DNA of 64,000 nt from Trichosphaerium sp. ATCC 40318 (taxonomy: Eukaryota; Protista; Tubulinea), in contig JALMLS010000343.1 in assembly GCA_038496445.1 (NCBI GenBank), positions 62,001-126,000 on the forward strand, written 5' to 3'. Position numbers and translations under genes: made by a program. A model generated the notes under the pieces. It searched no databases. It was not told the origin of the DNA and was given only the letters and a program-made list of their open reading frames with translations. Position 1 is the first letter of the stretch. Every line of letters starts with the position of its first letter. This document shows, piece after piece, positions 1 to 14,078 of the stretch.

Positions 1-1064
1 TGTTGTTCATAACAATAATCATTTGTTGAATAAACATAACCCCAGCACCCATGAGAATCATTACAGCGAATATGCAATCTAAAAGAATACACATCCAGCT
101 GGTTATTGGGGTACTTTTCCACTGAAATGAGTCAGCAACAAAACCGAAAATGTCTCAACGAAATCAAAAGAAAATCACAATTACGCACATCTTTAAGATA
201 AAATACAGCGTTAATAAACTCGTAGCCATATATAATTAGCCCTTCTACACATAATGACGAGCAGTAAAATAAGAACTGCAAGAAATACTTGTGATTGTAA
301 AAGCCAACGCAATTGTCAACCCATATACCTTTAAAACGGTTTAACAACAAAGTCTAATAATTGCCAAGTTGGGATAGCCCGGCTATGCACGCACAGTGAT
401 GGTCCATGCGTAATACACACCTACACCGTGTAAGACAGTAATACACGCTTGGCATAAGCAAATAAACGTACACTTTGCAGACTGAACAATGATGGCATCT
501 TGGAGGTTTCCAAGCCTTGTGACGTTTCGATAAGTGTATATTTTAGCGTAGTAGAGCGTACTTTGCATGTTTTGCACCATCGGGCAGCATCACGGTAGTT
601 TGATCTGTGTAAGGATGATCTAGATTTCATTGCCTCCAATTCTTCGTCGTCAATGCCTTTTGGCACCTTGTAAAGTGAGAACGCAACGTTGATGTTTTTT
701 GTAAATTACCCATTCTTTCGGAGGAGTGCCTGGAGGAGTGCCGCACGCCAACTTATACGTCCACGCAACTGCGGAGAACGTTATTAAAAAGGGAGTTAGA
801 AAAGCCTAAAAACGTACCCATTAGCAACTGCACAGTCCAAACGATGGATATTAAGAGTGTGGTGGTGTTGCCTATCCAATTGCGTGATATACCAATTACC
901 CACCAATACGTAAAAGCCGAGTACGTGAGTATGGAGTACGTGATTATAATAAATACTGAAAGCTCTTGCTTCTGTTTGGGCTGCATTTTGTAATGTAAAC
1001 GCAATAAAAAGTTTTAGAAACCCAGGTTTTATGTTACAGGTGCTACTATAGCGTCGAAGTTCAT
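1..1064 (-). CDS. DHHC (zDHHC) palmitoyltransferase, multi-exon; 3' end runs off the window
   Basis: Spliced exons give RWCKTCK..KPPRCHHCSVCK..CVLRMDHHC|IWVDNCVGFYNHKYFLQFLFY (DHHC-CRD) plus TM helices; ATG at 1064. Confidence 0.92.
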
Positions 1065-1222
1065 TTACCAATCACGTGGTAAAAAAATTGTAACTCTTCA
1101 ATCGCTTTGGGCCTTGCGTTTCAAAAAAAAAAGATTTGACGAAAAAACAAAAAAGTCACCATAGATTCCTTTGAACATTTATTTCCGGAGCTTGGTTTCC
1201 CACAACAACCAAACAGTTTCGC

Positions 1223-2304
1223 ATGTCCGTACCTTCACAAAAAGATTCCCCTGGTCCACCACTAACGTAATTTTTTAAAACTATACCCATTATCACGCGT
1301 TTATGCAAATTTAGTGAACCAACAGACTTACTTGAGGAGCTGTCGGTGTTGGACGGTACGTACTTTGCTTTATTTTAACTACACAAAGTTTTTAATCGAT
1401 CTCTTCCCCTGATTTCCACTACAAAACTACTCGCCAAAAAACACGGCGTTGCCTTTCTCCTCACGGTATTTAATCGCCTATCACACCCTAAACAAAGCAC
1501 AGCCAGCAGAGGGAATACTCCACGCCCTAACAAGGCCACAACCTACTTCTTTGGTGGCATGCAACTTCTAAAGAATGGGAAATTAGATTCAGCGTTAGAC
1601 AAGCTGCGACAATCGGTCGGTCTTGCCCAACAAGTGAAAAATCCAGATGAGCAAGATATTGAAGCGCTTGGTAAGATTTTAAGCCCAACCAAAATACGAA
1701 TTTTTTTTTTACGCCGTTTTTTCATTACTCGTACGCGCCAATGCGAAGAGGGTGCAAAAATAAGGACAAATTTGTTTTACCATTTCAAAAATAAAAGATT
1801 CTATTTTTCTTTAATTTAATTAAAACCTTCCTTACTAAAACTAATCCCTTAGCTACTTGCTATTTGGGATACGGCTATGCCTGCGGCAAAAAAGGCGATT
1901 GGCCAAAATGTGAAACTGCATACTGTAATGCACTTAAAACGTGGTCTAGAATCCACACTGAAGAGCGTTATCGCTTATGTCAGCTACAACTCGAGATTGC
2001 TGCCATTTGTCAATTTAATAAGCACTTTCAAAAATCTTACGAGTTGCTGGAAGCCGGCCACAACTCCTTGGTAAAGAAATACGGCGAAGAATCAGCTAAC
2101 GTTGCTGGGTGCCTCTGCCAGATGGGTACAGTACAAGCAAAGCTAAGCAACGGCTCTCAGTCGGATAAGCATTTTGAGGCCGCTATTGCTATACTACAAA
2201 AGAATAAATCTCCTATGGTGGAGCGTGCAGCTCGGATGTTCATAGAAGAACTCAAAATACAAAATAGAAGCGACAAGATCAAAGAGGTTCAAGCTTTGCT
2301 CTAA
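1223..2304 (+). CDS. TPR-repeat protein (kinesin-light-chain-like TPRs), multi-exon
   Basis: ORFs 1559 and 1864 show TPR helices (LGYGYACGKKGDWPKCETAYCNAL; VAGCLCQMGTVQAKL..SDKHFEAAIAI). Confidence 0.7.
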
Positions 2305-3414
2305 ACGAACAGTAAGCCTTACGCGCTTACGCTTAAACATGTCATTATGTCCTTGTTTGGAGATTCGTGTCCAGACTGTACAATTAATTCAATACCCCCT
2401 TAACACATTTTTTTTTTTAATTATTTGCAATACAACTGCTTCTTACAATTGATTATTTTATAGTTCCTGTCTTGAGGTCTTCTTTTTATTTCGTCATTTT
2501 TCTTATTTCAGCTTTTTGTTGATTATTATTGGTTATATTGTACGAAGAGGTTCTTTGGGTGCAGTTACAGAGTCATTTTGGAGATTTTTAGTCGTTAAGA
2601 CTATTTTAACAAACCTCAAACCTCAATACTAATCCTAGATGATTCCTAACTATTATCTCCTTTTCTGTCATATTGTTTACGTTTTTACATCAATTTTTTT
2701 ATATAACCTGTATGTTTGTGGTAGCTTGTGCTTTTTGGATGTCTTCAGGTTTTCTAGACTTACTAACAAAGTGTTTTTTCAAAAACATGTACAAATGATT
2801 AGTAATAAGCCTTAGAACATCTTTTGATCCGTTTTGTTTTATTGAAGTGAGCGCACGTACCAAAATAGGACAATGTACGAAAACTACAGCGTAATGACAG
2901 ACTTGCTACTTGTTAACCTATCGTCTTAGTATTCTTTGATTTGGTTGCACATGTGTTTAAATACGCTAATTGCGCTAATTTAGTGGCTCTAAAACAGAAC
3001 ACAGAAATGCGTAGGGTAACAAAGAGAGCAAGAGTTATTACACTGGCATGCTTCTTCTATTAAGAACTGGTATCTGGAAGCAATACGAAGCTTCTGCCTT
3101 CCCACTAATTACCTATGGCGTGAATACGATTTACACTTCGAGATTTCGTTGCTGCGAACGCGAGATGGTTTGTAATTCAGTTTCTGCTTCTCTGGTGAGA
3201 GTTTACCGGCTTGGCCGCCAGATGTATTGCTGATGAATGTGTGTAGTGTGACAGTTTATGTAGGTACTGTTTCTCATTGCAATAGGTAACTGATTACTAC
3301 AACCGTTATTTTTTCTATTTGTCTACAACGAAGCTTGTTCTTAGTCTTTTTCTGATTAGGTTTTTTATTTACAATGTGGTTTAATGTGCTAGAAATATTT
3401 AAAAGTACAATGAT

Positions 3415-6400
3415 TTATCTAAAAATTGATACAAGGTAACGAAGAAACCTTTTACGGTATGGCATAGGTGGAACTGCAGAAATGTCTTGCTAATAATAAA
3501 AGAAAAATAAGTAACAAAAACACGTGAACTTGAGATGTGATGAATTATTTTCTTCTGTCAAAAAAAGCTGAAAAAAACTGGTTTCCAAAGTTGGAGCACT
3601 TGAGGCTTTCGTAAAATAAAAATCTTTTTAAACACAGGTTCAACGGGACTGGATATGTCTGTAGACTATTTAAAAGTGGAGTGTTGGACGTACCTTATTG
3701 TATACGATAGACTTTATAACATGTTCACCACGTTTTTTTAAGTCATATTGAGTTAAGCAGTCTATAATACCAACAAAACAAACTACTTTACCAGCATCAC
3801 TATCTCTTATACCTCCAAGGTGTTGTTTAAATATAGATTTCTTTGGTCGTAGCTTTGGGTACTCTCTTGGTTTATCAACAAAGTGGAATCCAACCAAAAG
3901 AGAATAATCACAAACATTCAGACTTTCAAGAAACTAATATTTTGTCAGTCATGTCCACTTAGGTAGTTTTAAATATTTGTAAAACGTACGTGACAGTCTA
4001 TTTCAGCTTGTTCAAGAAGCTGACTCTTTAATTTTTTGTCAATATCGAGCTTACGATGAAAGTTTAGGTCCTTCAATGCAACGCTTGAGTTATGCATTTC
4101 TAAGCTAACTTCCCTATTAACTTTTGATCCCTAACATGTTTTAAAATAGATGTATACATCATTATTAGGATATAAAGTTGTTTTAGTTTACCTTAAGGTC
4201 ATATTGCTCGTGAATATTCAAGCATGAATCGAAGACATTTTCAATTACTACAAAATACATGATTTTACCATCTGTTTTTCCTTTCATAGAAAACAACCCG
4301 TAAATTCGCATGAGTAGTGTGTTGGGATATGTCTTCATGTGCTACATAAAACTGTTATTACACCGCAAGTGCATATGAAAATTTTCCACAAATGCGGATT
4401 ATCACGTGCTCTGTAGAACTGAACAATATTTTTCTTCAAGAATGTGTATTCCTCAATTGGTAATGTTTTTACATAAAATTTGTTGTCCATTGATTTGAAA
4501 AAGAAACTACCACTTCTACCTGTTGACACAACCTTAAAGTAGCACAATAAGTAAAAGCGTGGTTGTTTTTAAAAAATAGTACTTCTTCAAGAGTGGATAG
4601 ACTACCAAGCAAGAGATTACCAACAAGACGGTCAAGTCCCAAAGAATACTAGCTTTTAGTTAGAAACCATATTCTCAACTTTGGACTATGTGTACCCTGA
4701 ACTGAGTAGAATCAACGCCAAATAAGTGCCTCATATTACCAAATACAGAAGGAGCAAGAGCAGTAAACGTCCATTCATCCGAACTTGTGCATTCAAATTA
4801 GTAAAGCAATTTGTAATTGAACTTCTTTCTTTTGAAAAACTCACTGAGGAAATTCGACTTCGTATTCTTCTGTAAAGTATGCCTCATTTCGAAGACTAGT
4901 TTGAAATGGCCTTTTTCGTTCCTGGTAATCAACCTAAGAACACTTTTAGAGGGCGAGAAAATGTCAACACGTGGAATAATTCGTACGACTTTTTGTATCC
5001 CTAATAGCATCGCCATTGTTACGTCCCATAATTCGTGTCCAAAGGATATAATAAATCCAGTCCTTCTTGGTCTTGTATTTATTGATTCTTCTTCTATCAG
5101 TTTACCAAGACTTCTTATGCAAAGAGAACTCATAGTCACACTTTCAAAGAATTCTTCAAAAGTCAGTCTTGTGCTAAGGAAAAAGGTGAGTTTCAATCCG
5201 TGCCATTCAAGAGTTTTTTCGAGTTTGAAGTACGTACTCGGGGTTGCCGATCACGTGATTATTGCTGGTGTTAATGGTATCGTTATTATTGTTATCGTTG
5301 CTTTTATAGTCGAATATAACGTTAACAATATTCTGTACAATCTCAGATGATGTGTTTACACTAAGACTTTTGAGCAGTATAACTGCATCAAAAAGAACTT
5401 TTGTAAATGATGAACGTGTTATATATCCTTTCCCTTCAGAGTCATACCGTTGAAAAGCAACTAATGTTATATAAGAGAAGTCCATTAAAAGATCTTTGGA
5501 GATTGTTTTAAGCGTACGGTAAACTTGTTCTTTCACGGATCCTTTTGTCAAAATACTCACTGTAGTATTGAACTCATGTTGCGTAAGTTTTCTAAATAGC
5601 TTGTAAGTTTCTTAGCTTTGTATGGTATCTGTTCAGTACCCATCACTTTCAATATCATGCAGTGAGAATATCCAATCTACAAATGCACCAGAGAAAGTTT
5701 TACCTAGTGATTCTCCAAAATCAGATAAGTCACAAGTTGGTTCAAGATCTCTCTTGTTTGGTTTACAGATATCAACGAACTGACGCTTTATCTTCTCATT
5801 TTGTGTTGTTGAAACTACAATCCATTAATTGACATTTATATTAGCTTTCAAAAAACTAAAAATTCGTGTGCACGTGTTGAGATTACAAACAGAAAAAGGT
5901 ACGTACAATAAGTAATATGTTTTTCTCGAAAGAATGAAATGTTATGTTTAACAAAATCTTCAAATGTTAATGAAGCTTTTTCCATAAGAAACGGTCCTAC
6001 ACATATTCAATAAGTACAAGAATCTATATTCACTATTTAAGGTAATAGTAAGTACCTATTGGTGAAGAAATACTTGGACCTTTGACGAGTTCAGTGAAAA
6101 TATCGAACTGCCTTGCTGTGAACCAAGCTCTCTTATCCTTGTCTGATTGTTCTAAGACGTGTCACATATCAAACCACTGAATTATAATACACTTACCTTC
6201 GCCTTCTTTTTGAGCGTTTTCTTCAGCTATTTCATTGAGAAGAGTATTCATTTGAGGCATTGTTATTGAGATGTAATCGATTTGAACTTTTGTAACTCTA
6301 GAAATTATTTCCGAAATATCTTCACAGGTCAAACAATCGTTCCCTGTTAGGTAGTAAACCTTTCCACAGTGATAATTATTTGGCTTAATATCAGCTAGAG

Positions 6401-9400
6401 CATAGCGTTAGTGGTCTATAGAAGAAGTGTTAATAGGTACCTGCAATATTAGTTACAACAGTAGCAACATCACGAAGATCTATCCATGGGTGTTTGATTG
6501 CTTGTAATGGTAACCTAAAGCACTCCTCCTTTTTTATCTGTACGAAATCTTCTAGGAATAATTGCATCATAGCAGCGTTTATATGAACGTAGGTAAATGG
6601 AATATCTGCATTGAAAATAAGGCTTCAAGAGAAACAGCAAACAAAGTTCGAGACAAAAAAATGTTTTTTGAAAAGTCGTACCACACTCTTGAACAAGTGT
6701 TTCTAAGTTCAAGTATATCTGGCCGGTTCGTGTACTACTACCAGATAATGTTGTTCCTACAAATATAATATGTCTAATACTTCCAAGAGTCCGCGTAAGT
6801 GCGTGCACGTGGGATAGTGTGTAAGGTGATAAAGTTGGTAATAAAATAATTAACTTATGCATTTGAGAAAAAGCGTTTCTAACATAACTTGTAAGAGCAA
6901 TGACAAATAAGACTTATACCGTACGATATTTCTCGTGGAGTTTCTTGTGTCATTTGGTCTATAGGTCCAAAATTGATTACTTCTGCACCACATGCCAGTT
7001 CATTCAAGTAATTTTCGTTCTCGGTTTGACCATCACTAAATTGTAAAAGTCTGATAAAAGCAGACTTGTCTTGAACCAAATTGTTTACAACATTACGGAA
7101 CAGTCCGTGAGACATTTTGCCACTAAATATATTAGAGTTTATAGCTTATTTTAGATACATACGTATCAGCGTAAATGCAAACTCGAGGATCCAAATCTGA
7201 TTCAAAAAATGTTCTATCAATAATATCGAAAATAGCATCACGTCTGGCAAGAACAAACGTGTGCTTTTTACAAATGTTAGAAACAATATGTAACTACAAA
7301 TATATGTGTATATGTTAACGTACTTGTTCTTCATCCTGGAGTTCAATAATAATTGTTTTATTCTTAGAAATAGAACCAATCATTGATTTTTTAATTGATT
7401 TTATCTTACGAAAGTCAATCTCAAGCTAAAGCAAATCAAAAATGTCAACAAACCGTTATGCTCGCGAAGGGAAAAATACTATCTACGTACAGATGTCTTG
7501 CTTAAAAAACTCAAACCTGACGTAGCAAAACAAATACGTTTTCGGGAAATATACAATCGGCCTGATACAGGGATACTAGTGCCAATACGGTATGTACAAG
7601 AAGCATCTAGTAACTGTTAACAACTCGTGATTTTGATGTTTTCAAAATTATAGACAAAACAAACGCACGTGATATTAGGCATTCATCAATAGATGCATTA
7701 AAATCTTTTTGAAAAACTTTGTTTTGTTTTGGATACTTTATAGCGCCTAACATAGTTGCGAAAGGAAGACCACTGATTGTGATTGGAGCCTGTATCATAA
7801 GGCGTTAGTACAAGGTTATTAAGTACTACTTCAAAACGCACAGTATCGTCCTTGTGATACACAAGTATCCGCAAAATATTTCGTACTGCTTCTGGCTCTT
7901 CAAGCTCCATAAAAGAGTACTATGAAGTACCACAGTTAAATTTTATATTAATATGCAACGGAATGACGCACGGTAACATTCTTGCATTTTATAACAAGCT
8001 TAGTGGCAAACAATATAGATTTTTGAACGCTTTTACTATTAATTTCCTTAACAGCCAATTTCTGTAGTAGCAGGTTAGAAAGAAGATTACACTGAAGTCG
8101 TACAATGTTAGGAATTGTTGATGGGTTATTTCCATTAGGTGTGAAACAAACAAATCCTTGCCATATAGACATAATACCAGCGATATCTCTGGTTTGGTAT
8201 GAACAGCAAAAAGCTAGATAAAAAACCAATATGTCAAAAAAAACACTATGTTCTGAAAAAATCACAAAACTTTTTGTTGCCTCGGTACGTGCCTGTGACA
8301 AACGATTTAATATTTATATCATGTATCTCAGAATGCATTTTTGCTATATCAACTGGAACTGTTTTTTTCTTCCTTTCGGATTCAGTTAATGCTTTGCAGC
8401 ACATTAGTTTACATAAGAAAAAATACTCAAAACTTTTGTACTTAATGATGCATTAAAGGTATACTCTTGGCTTAAATGAGTTTCAAAGCACTCATCGTGG
8501 TTACTTTCTTGTTCTTGAAGAGGTGCTGATCCTTAAAGAAGAGCGTGAGAGCCCCGAAGAGCAGATTTGCGAAGTATTTGATACGCACCATCTATCCTTC
8601 GGTACATGCGAAGCAATGTAATAATATCCTTCTGGTAAGGAGTTTTAACTACTTTTGCAACGTCCAAAGCTGTCCCCATTTTACCTAATAAACTAGTTAA
8701 ACATTCCAATTGTACGTAGCCTCATCCATACCTTCAATCGTCTTATCAAGCCCATGTACTAGCAGCATATTAACAAGTTGCAAATGTCCTTCTCTGGCTG
8801 CATAATGCAGAGCAGTTTCGCCACTCCTGAAGGTAAGAAATGTATTAACTTAGTGCAACTAACATCAACAATACGTGCTTTGCTGTAACATGTAACCCTG
8901 CACCGGCTTGAATAAGTGCATCAGCAGCAAAAAATCTGCCTCTAGCAGAAGCCTAACCCCAATGAGTCAGTAACAAAGGCGAAATGCAAAACAAATAAGT
9001 GTACCTCATGTAGTGCTGTATTACCATTAACGTTCTGTGCATCTATATCAAGACCCTTTCGTATTAATTCTTGTATCACAGGCGATAAATCAACACTCTG
9101 TTTCTCTGGAGTACGTACTAAAAGATGAAGAACAGTTGATCTATATTTTGTAAACATAAGATTTTTGAGAAGGACAGAAAAATTGATTTCTCTGTTTGTT
9201 TTGGATTTTTTGTTACCTATCACTAGTACAAGCTGTGACATCAATTTTTGGTACACTTAAAAGAAACTTTAAAATGTCAATTTTCCCATAGGACGCTGCA
9301 TAATGAAGTGGAACCCATCCGTTGTCTTTGGTTTTTACTGAAGCTATGCCGGCACTTATACCAACAATCTGACGGACCTACAGCGCAATTAATCGATTTA

Positions 9401-11294
9401 ATAATACTATCTAAAGAAGTACGTACCAGCTTCAAGTTACCACTTACAATAGCATCTCGCAATTCTATGAATTTGTAAGCAAAGAAAATTTTAAAACGTG
9501 TCTTTTCTGACTTTAATTACCATTCGACTGCAAGGCACTACTCAAGCGTCTTACTCTCTTTGAAGTCGTTTTTGACACGATTGATGTATTTTCACCTTCC
9601 TGGACTATACATAAAACAATGTTTGAGTAAAAAGAGTACGTAAGGTTGGATGTAATTATTAAAACAAATTTCTTTTGTACCTAAAAAGTGAAATGCTAAT
9701 ATTTCGAAGATGTCAGGATTTTGTTGCTTAGCAATAGCTATAGGAGTTCCATTTTTACCCTCCTGTAATAAATTCACATCATGTAATACCAATACATCTA
9801 CTACATCAACTCTTGATCCATGAACAGCGTAGTGTAATGCATTTTCACCAGCACTAGTTTACATATTTAAAAAAAAGCTCACTTCCAAAATTGTAGTACT
9901 TTGTGGTACGATTAGGATCAGCGCCGTGTTTTAACAGAAATTTTACTGTGGAAACCATGCCTCGCCAAGCGGCCTATATTTATTTTGTTACTAACTTTCG
10001 AACAACAAGAACATTTATACCTGATGTAAAGGTGATTCCCCAGTTAGAGTTTGAGCGTTTACATCAGCACCATTCTCAATTAGTGTGGTCAGTATTGAGT
10101 TAAACAAGGTAGCCTCACTATCCTTATACTTTAACCTACAAATACATTATCATCAACAAAGTCAAGAAACGCTTTTTTTAGTGATACCTAACAAGGTAGT
10201 GAAGCGGTGTGATAAAGTCTCTAGTGAGCGCTGAAACATGTACATTGGCTGAGAGCTGTTGAAGAAAGACAAGTTAATCGTAACTTATACATTCTGGTAA
10301 GGTACCAGGACTTGTATAATTTGCAGATAACCGTTTGCTGCAGCGCTATGGAGAGCTGTCCAACCATCTTTATCACGTGAGTTGACGTTTACAACGAATT
10401 CATCTAAGATAATTAAAACTAGGCCTCCTTAACTCTATTACCGATTGTAAACACGCCGTCAATCTTTTCACTTGCTTTTTCTGTGCCAAACTATATCGTA
10501 TCAGGAACAAGGATGCCAAATGGAACGTTTTGTTTTTAATTATAAAAGTAAACTTCTGAGAAATCCAAAAAATTATGATAGGAACTTTTGACGCACGCGA
10601 AGCATAGCAGACACAAAATCGTTTGTAATACTGTACTCTTGGGTCTTCCACGTATTCAGAATACACTGTATCAAATCCATGTAACCCTTTTCAACGCATG
10701 TGTGCAGTGGTGTCTCGTGCTTGTGCGACATAAGTTTAAAAAAAAAACCAGAAGTTACTACACGTACCCGGTCGTTAAACGTGAGTAAGCACGTGGGCGT
10801 TGACATTATCATAGACTTGGCTTCTTGAAGCCTACCGCGCATAATGAGACGTGTGAGCTTTCCCTTACTCTCCTTGGTAAAGTTGGAGCGAAAGAAGGCA
10901 AGGATGTCTTATAATTAAGGTAAAAAATAGCTTTTTACTTTAAAAATGTGACTGTAATGAAAAAGATTGTGGATACAAGCGTCAATATTAAACCCAGGCA
11001 TAGAAGAGAATTGTTCAAGGCAATCTTTCGCTTCTAAATCGAAAGCTTTCTGTAATTGTCTACAGTCCTTCTTTGCCTCGCTTATATCCTTTGCAAACGC
11101 GAGTTGGAGCGTGTCTCGCCAAACTACGCGAAAGGAGCCACCTGTAATATTTATTACAACTTTTACTGGTACGTTTTCGATTTTATCATACCAGCAACCA
11201 TTTCTACCTTTAGCACATTGTCGTTATTGTTTGATTTGTCTTCGTCGCCGTCATCCCGGGATGGCTTCAGTTCCACTGGGCTTATCAAAGGCAT
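3415..11294 (-). CDS. Large multidomain phosphatidylinositol-phosphate kinase: ~10-12 ankyrin repeats, helical region, NmrA-like Rossmann domain, NCS/calcineurin-B-like EF-hands, PIP5K
   Basis: PIPK motifs STGRSGSFFFKS, YDLKG, ALKDLNF, FVGIIDCLTQY, ISAVPP..YRKRF, stop at 3415; EF-hand AFQRYDSEGKGYI; NmrA-like WIDLRDVA..GKVYYLTG..CEDISEIISRV; ankyrin motifs GWTALHSAAANG, GNTALHE, GETALHYAAREGH. The junctions checked stay in frame. Start 11294 (alternative 11432). Confidence 0.75.
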
Positions 11295-11455
11295 TGGAGT
11301 ATATAAACGGACGACAAAGCCATAACTGACTAGCTTTGTTTGTTTTCTACGACTGTTGTGGACTTTTTGTGTCAAGGTGTCAATTTTGGGTGTAATTTCA
11401 TATTTTTTTTCTCTGCTATTTCCCGCAGCCATACGCCTTTTTTCTGAGTAGAAGA

Positions 11456-13773
11456 ATGTCTACAAATACGAGAAACAATAATGAGCCTAAAAAGAAGAGG
11501 AAAAGAAAGAGAAGAAGTGCGTATTTTGTTTTTTAGGCGCTTCTTACGCGTAATTAGAGAACAGCGAAAGCGAGGATGGTGCCTCGAAGCGTCAAAGACC
11601 AGATGGCTCAAAACAAAAACAAAAAGCTCCATTAGACCCTGAAATGCAAGAGCTATTGAAAAGGACCAATCAATTAGAGCAAAAAGAGAAAGGTACAAAA
11701 AATAAAAAATTAAGTTAAATTTACTAATTTACGCATAGTACGCATACCAACGGCATCAAGCGAGTATTTTAAAGACCTTGCAATATCTGACGCAACTCGT
11801 CGTGGTATTGCAGACATGGGCTTTGAGAAAATGTACCCTGTACAACAAAAAGCCATACCGCCAGCACTTAAAGGTAAAGCGCATTTGCAAGCACCTCTTA
11901 CCATTATTCCATAAAAAATATACTTAGCTCATTATTACTGTTAGGAATGAACGTACTCGGTTCTGCCAAGACTGGTTCTGGTAAAACACTTGCTTTCTTG
12001 ATACCTGTGATCGAGCGTATTTATGACTTGAAGTGGGATAGCGCAGAGCAAGGTAAGGCTCTTAACCACACTCCAAGATGTATATTAACTTAGCTTAGGC
12101 GTTGCTGCTATTATTGTAGCACCTGTAAGAGAACTAGCTATTCAAATATTCAACGACTTGAGAGAGTTGTTAGAGCACCACGATAACATTTCGTAAGGAC
12201 ATTCCATATTTCCAATGTGTCAAAATTGTTTTGACATTTTCCCTTAGTGGTACTTTGATTATCGGTGGAACAAATTATAACGAAGAGGTCAAGAAGCTTC
12301 GAAGGGGAACAAGCATTATCGTCGCAACACCTGGCCGCTTAGTTGATCACATGAAGGTCAGTTTTCATGATTGAATGAATTTTCTCTCTCCATAAAACCT
12401 TTTTATGAGAACCTTTGGATGTCATACTCACTTACCCTATAGCATACCAGCGGATGGATTTTTTCTAATCTTATTGCACTCATTTTTGATGAAGTTGACA
12501 GAATCATGGCTGACGGATTCGAAAAGGATTTATACCTTATTATTAAATTTACACCAAAAGGTATCTTAACAAAACATTTGTACTTGGTAAATACTTACGT
12601 ATATTCTAGACAGACAAACGCTATTATTTTCAGCAACACAGACTGAAAAAGTAAAAGATCTGGCTCGTTTGGCTATTGACAGTAAGTGTTGACATTTTTT
12701 TTATTTGGACCAACTTCGAATATTACAACCGTATTAATATTGTGTAGAACCTCCAGTCGAAATTCATGTCGCTGCTGATTCTTTGACATCTACTGCAGAT
12801 AACCTAGAACAAGGTTATGTTGTGGTAGACAGCGATAAGCGATTCTTACTTCTATTCACGTTCATATCGAAATTCAAAAAGAAAAAGATAATTGTATTTA
12901 TTTCCTCTGTCAAGGCTGTACAATTTTACAGTGATCTTCTCAACTATGTTGATGTACCAGTATTGGCATTGCATGTGCGTATTAAATCATGTTTTATCCG
13001 TAAATATTCACACAGTTTTGTTTAGGGTAAAAAGAAGCAAAAGCAAAGAACACAAATTTTCCTACAATTTTGTAATGCAAAATCTGGCGTACTATTGTGC
13101 ACAGATGTCGCAGCACGCGGTTTACATATTCCAGAAGTTGACTGGATCGTACAATTTGATCCTCCAGATGATACAAAAGACTATATCCACAGGTGAGCTA
13201 CATGATTCATGGTATAAATTATTGACGATATCTGTAGAGTTGGGCGTACTGCAAGAGCTGGAAGAAAGGGAAAAGCCATCCTATTCTTGTTACCGCTTGA
13301 ATTACCCTTCTTGGAGCTTCTAAAAGAACAAAAAGTACCATGCAAGAAGTATGAGTTCCCACAGAATAAGTTGGCGCAGGTTCAAGCTCAAGTACGTTAT
13401 AAAATAGTCACAGGCTGTCATATACACCTTTGATTCTACATTGAAACAATTCTTAACTCTGCGTAGCTGCAAAAAATAATATCAAAAAATTACTTCTTGC
13501 ACATGCAAGCTATTGAAGCTTACAAATCCTACATTATTTCTTATGCAGCACACTCTCTCACTGAACTATTCGATCCGTACAAGTTGGACTTGAAAAAAGT
13601 GTCTCGTTCCTTTGGGTTGGAAGTGCCACCGAAAGTAGACTTTAGCAGTATCCTTTTGTTACCTTTTATGTTCTCACTTGTTTTTTTTCCTTCATTGTAT
13701 TTTCTTCCATAACTCCTCAGGTTTACGTGCAACAGGAAAACCAAAGAAAACAAAGCGATGGAATAACAGATAA
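11456..13773 (+). CDS. HAS1: DEAD-box RNA helicase HAS1/DDX18
   Basis: Q motif (YPVQQKAIP), [80 protein letters not shown]. Confidence 0.93.
13648..13720 (+). other. Candidate U12-type (minor spliceosome) GT-AG intron in HAS1
   Basis: Donor GTATCCTTT; branch-like TTCCATAAC at 13705-13713, ending 7 nt before the end of the intron; removal gives an in-frame last exon. Confidence 0.65.
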
Positions 13774-14078
13774 ATCCTCATTGTACCAAAATAAAAGAAT
13801 CTGCTACATTAGTAGTATTATGAACAATAGCGTACTTGTTATGACGACTAGAGTTTAGATGTACCCCAAACGTAGCAGATAAGTGCAAACAATCTAAAAT
13901 CAATACTTCTAGTGTTTTCTAGCTCTTAGTGAACAAATTAGCTGATTATGCAAGAAACAACATTATCGTAAAACGCGCGTAAATGGTGGCAAGTAGCGGT
14001 TGCTTAAAACACGTGCAAGTTGGCGTGAAAATTGGTAATTTTTGTTTATTTTCTACTTTCATCATACACTTAACAAAC

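Noticed and set aside
2400-3330. Possible small multi-exon gene on the minus strand
   Set aside because: Splice-like signals are present, but I could not assemble a stop-free model or recognise a domain
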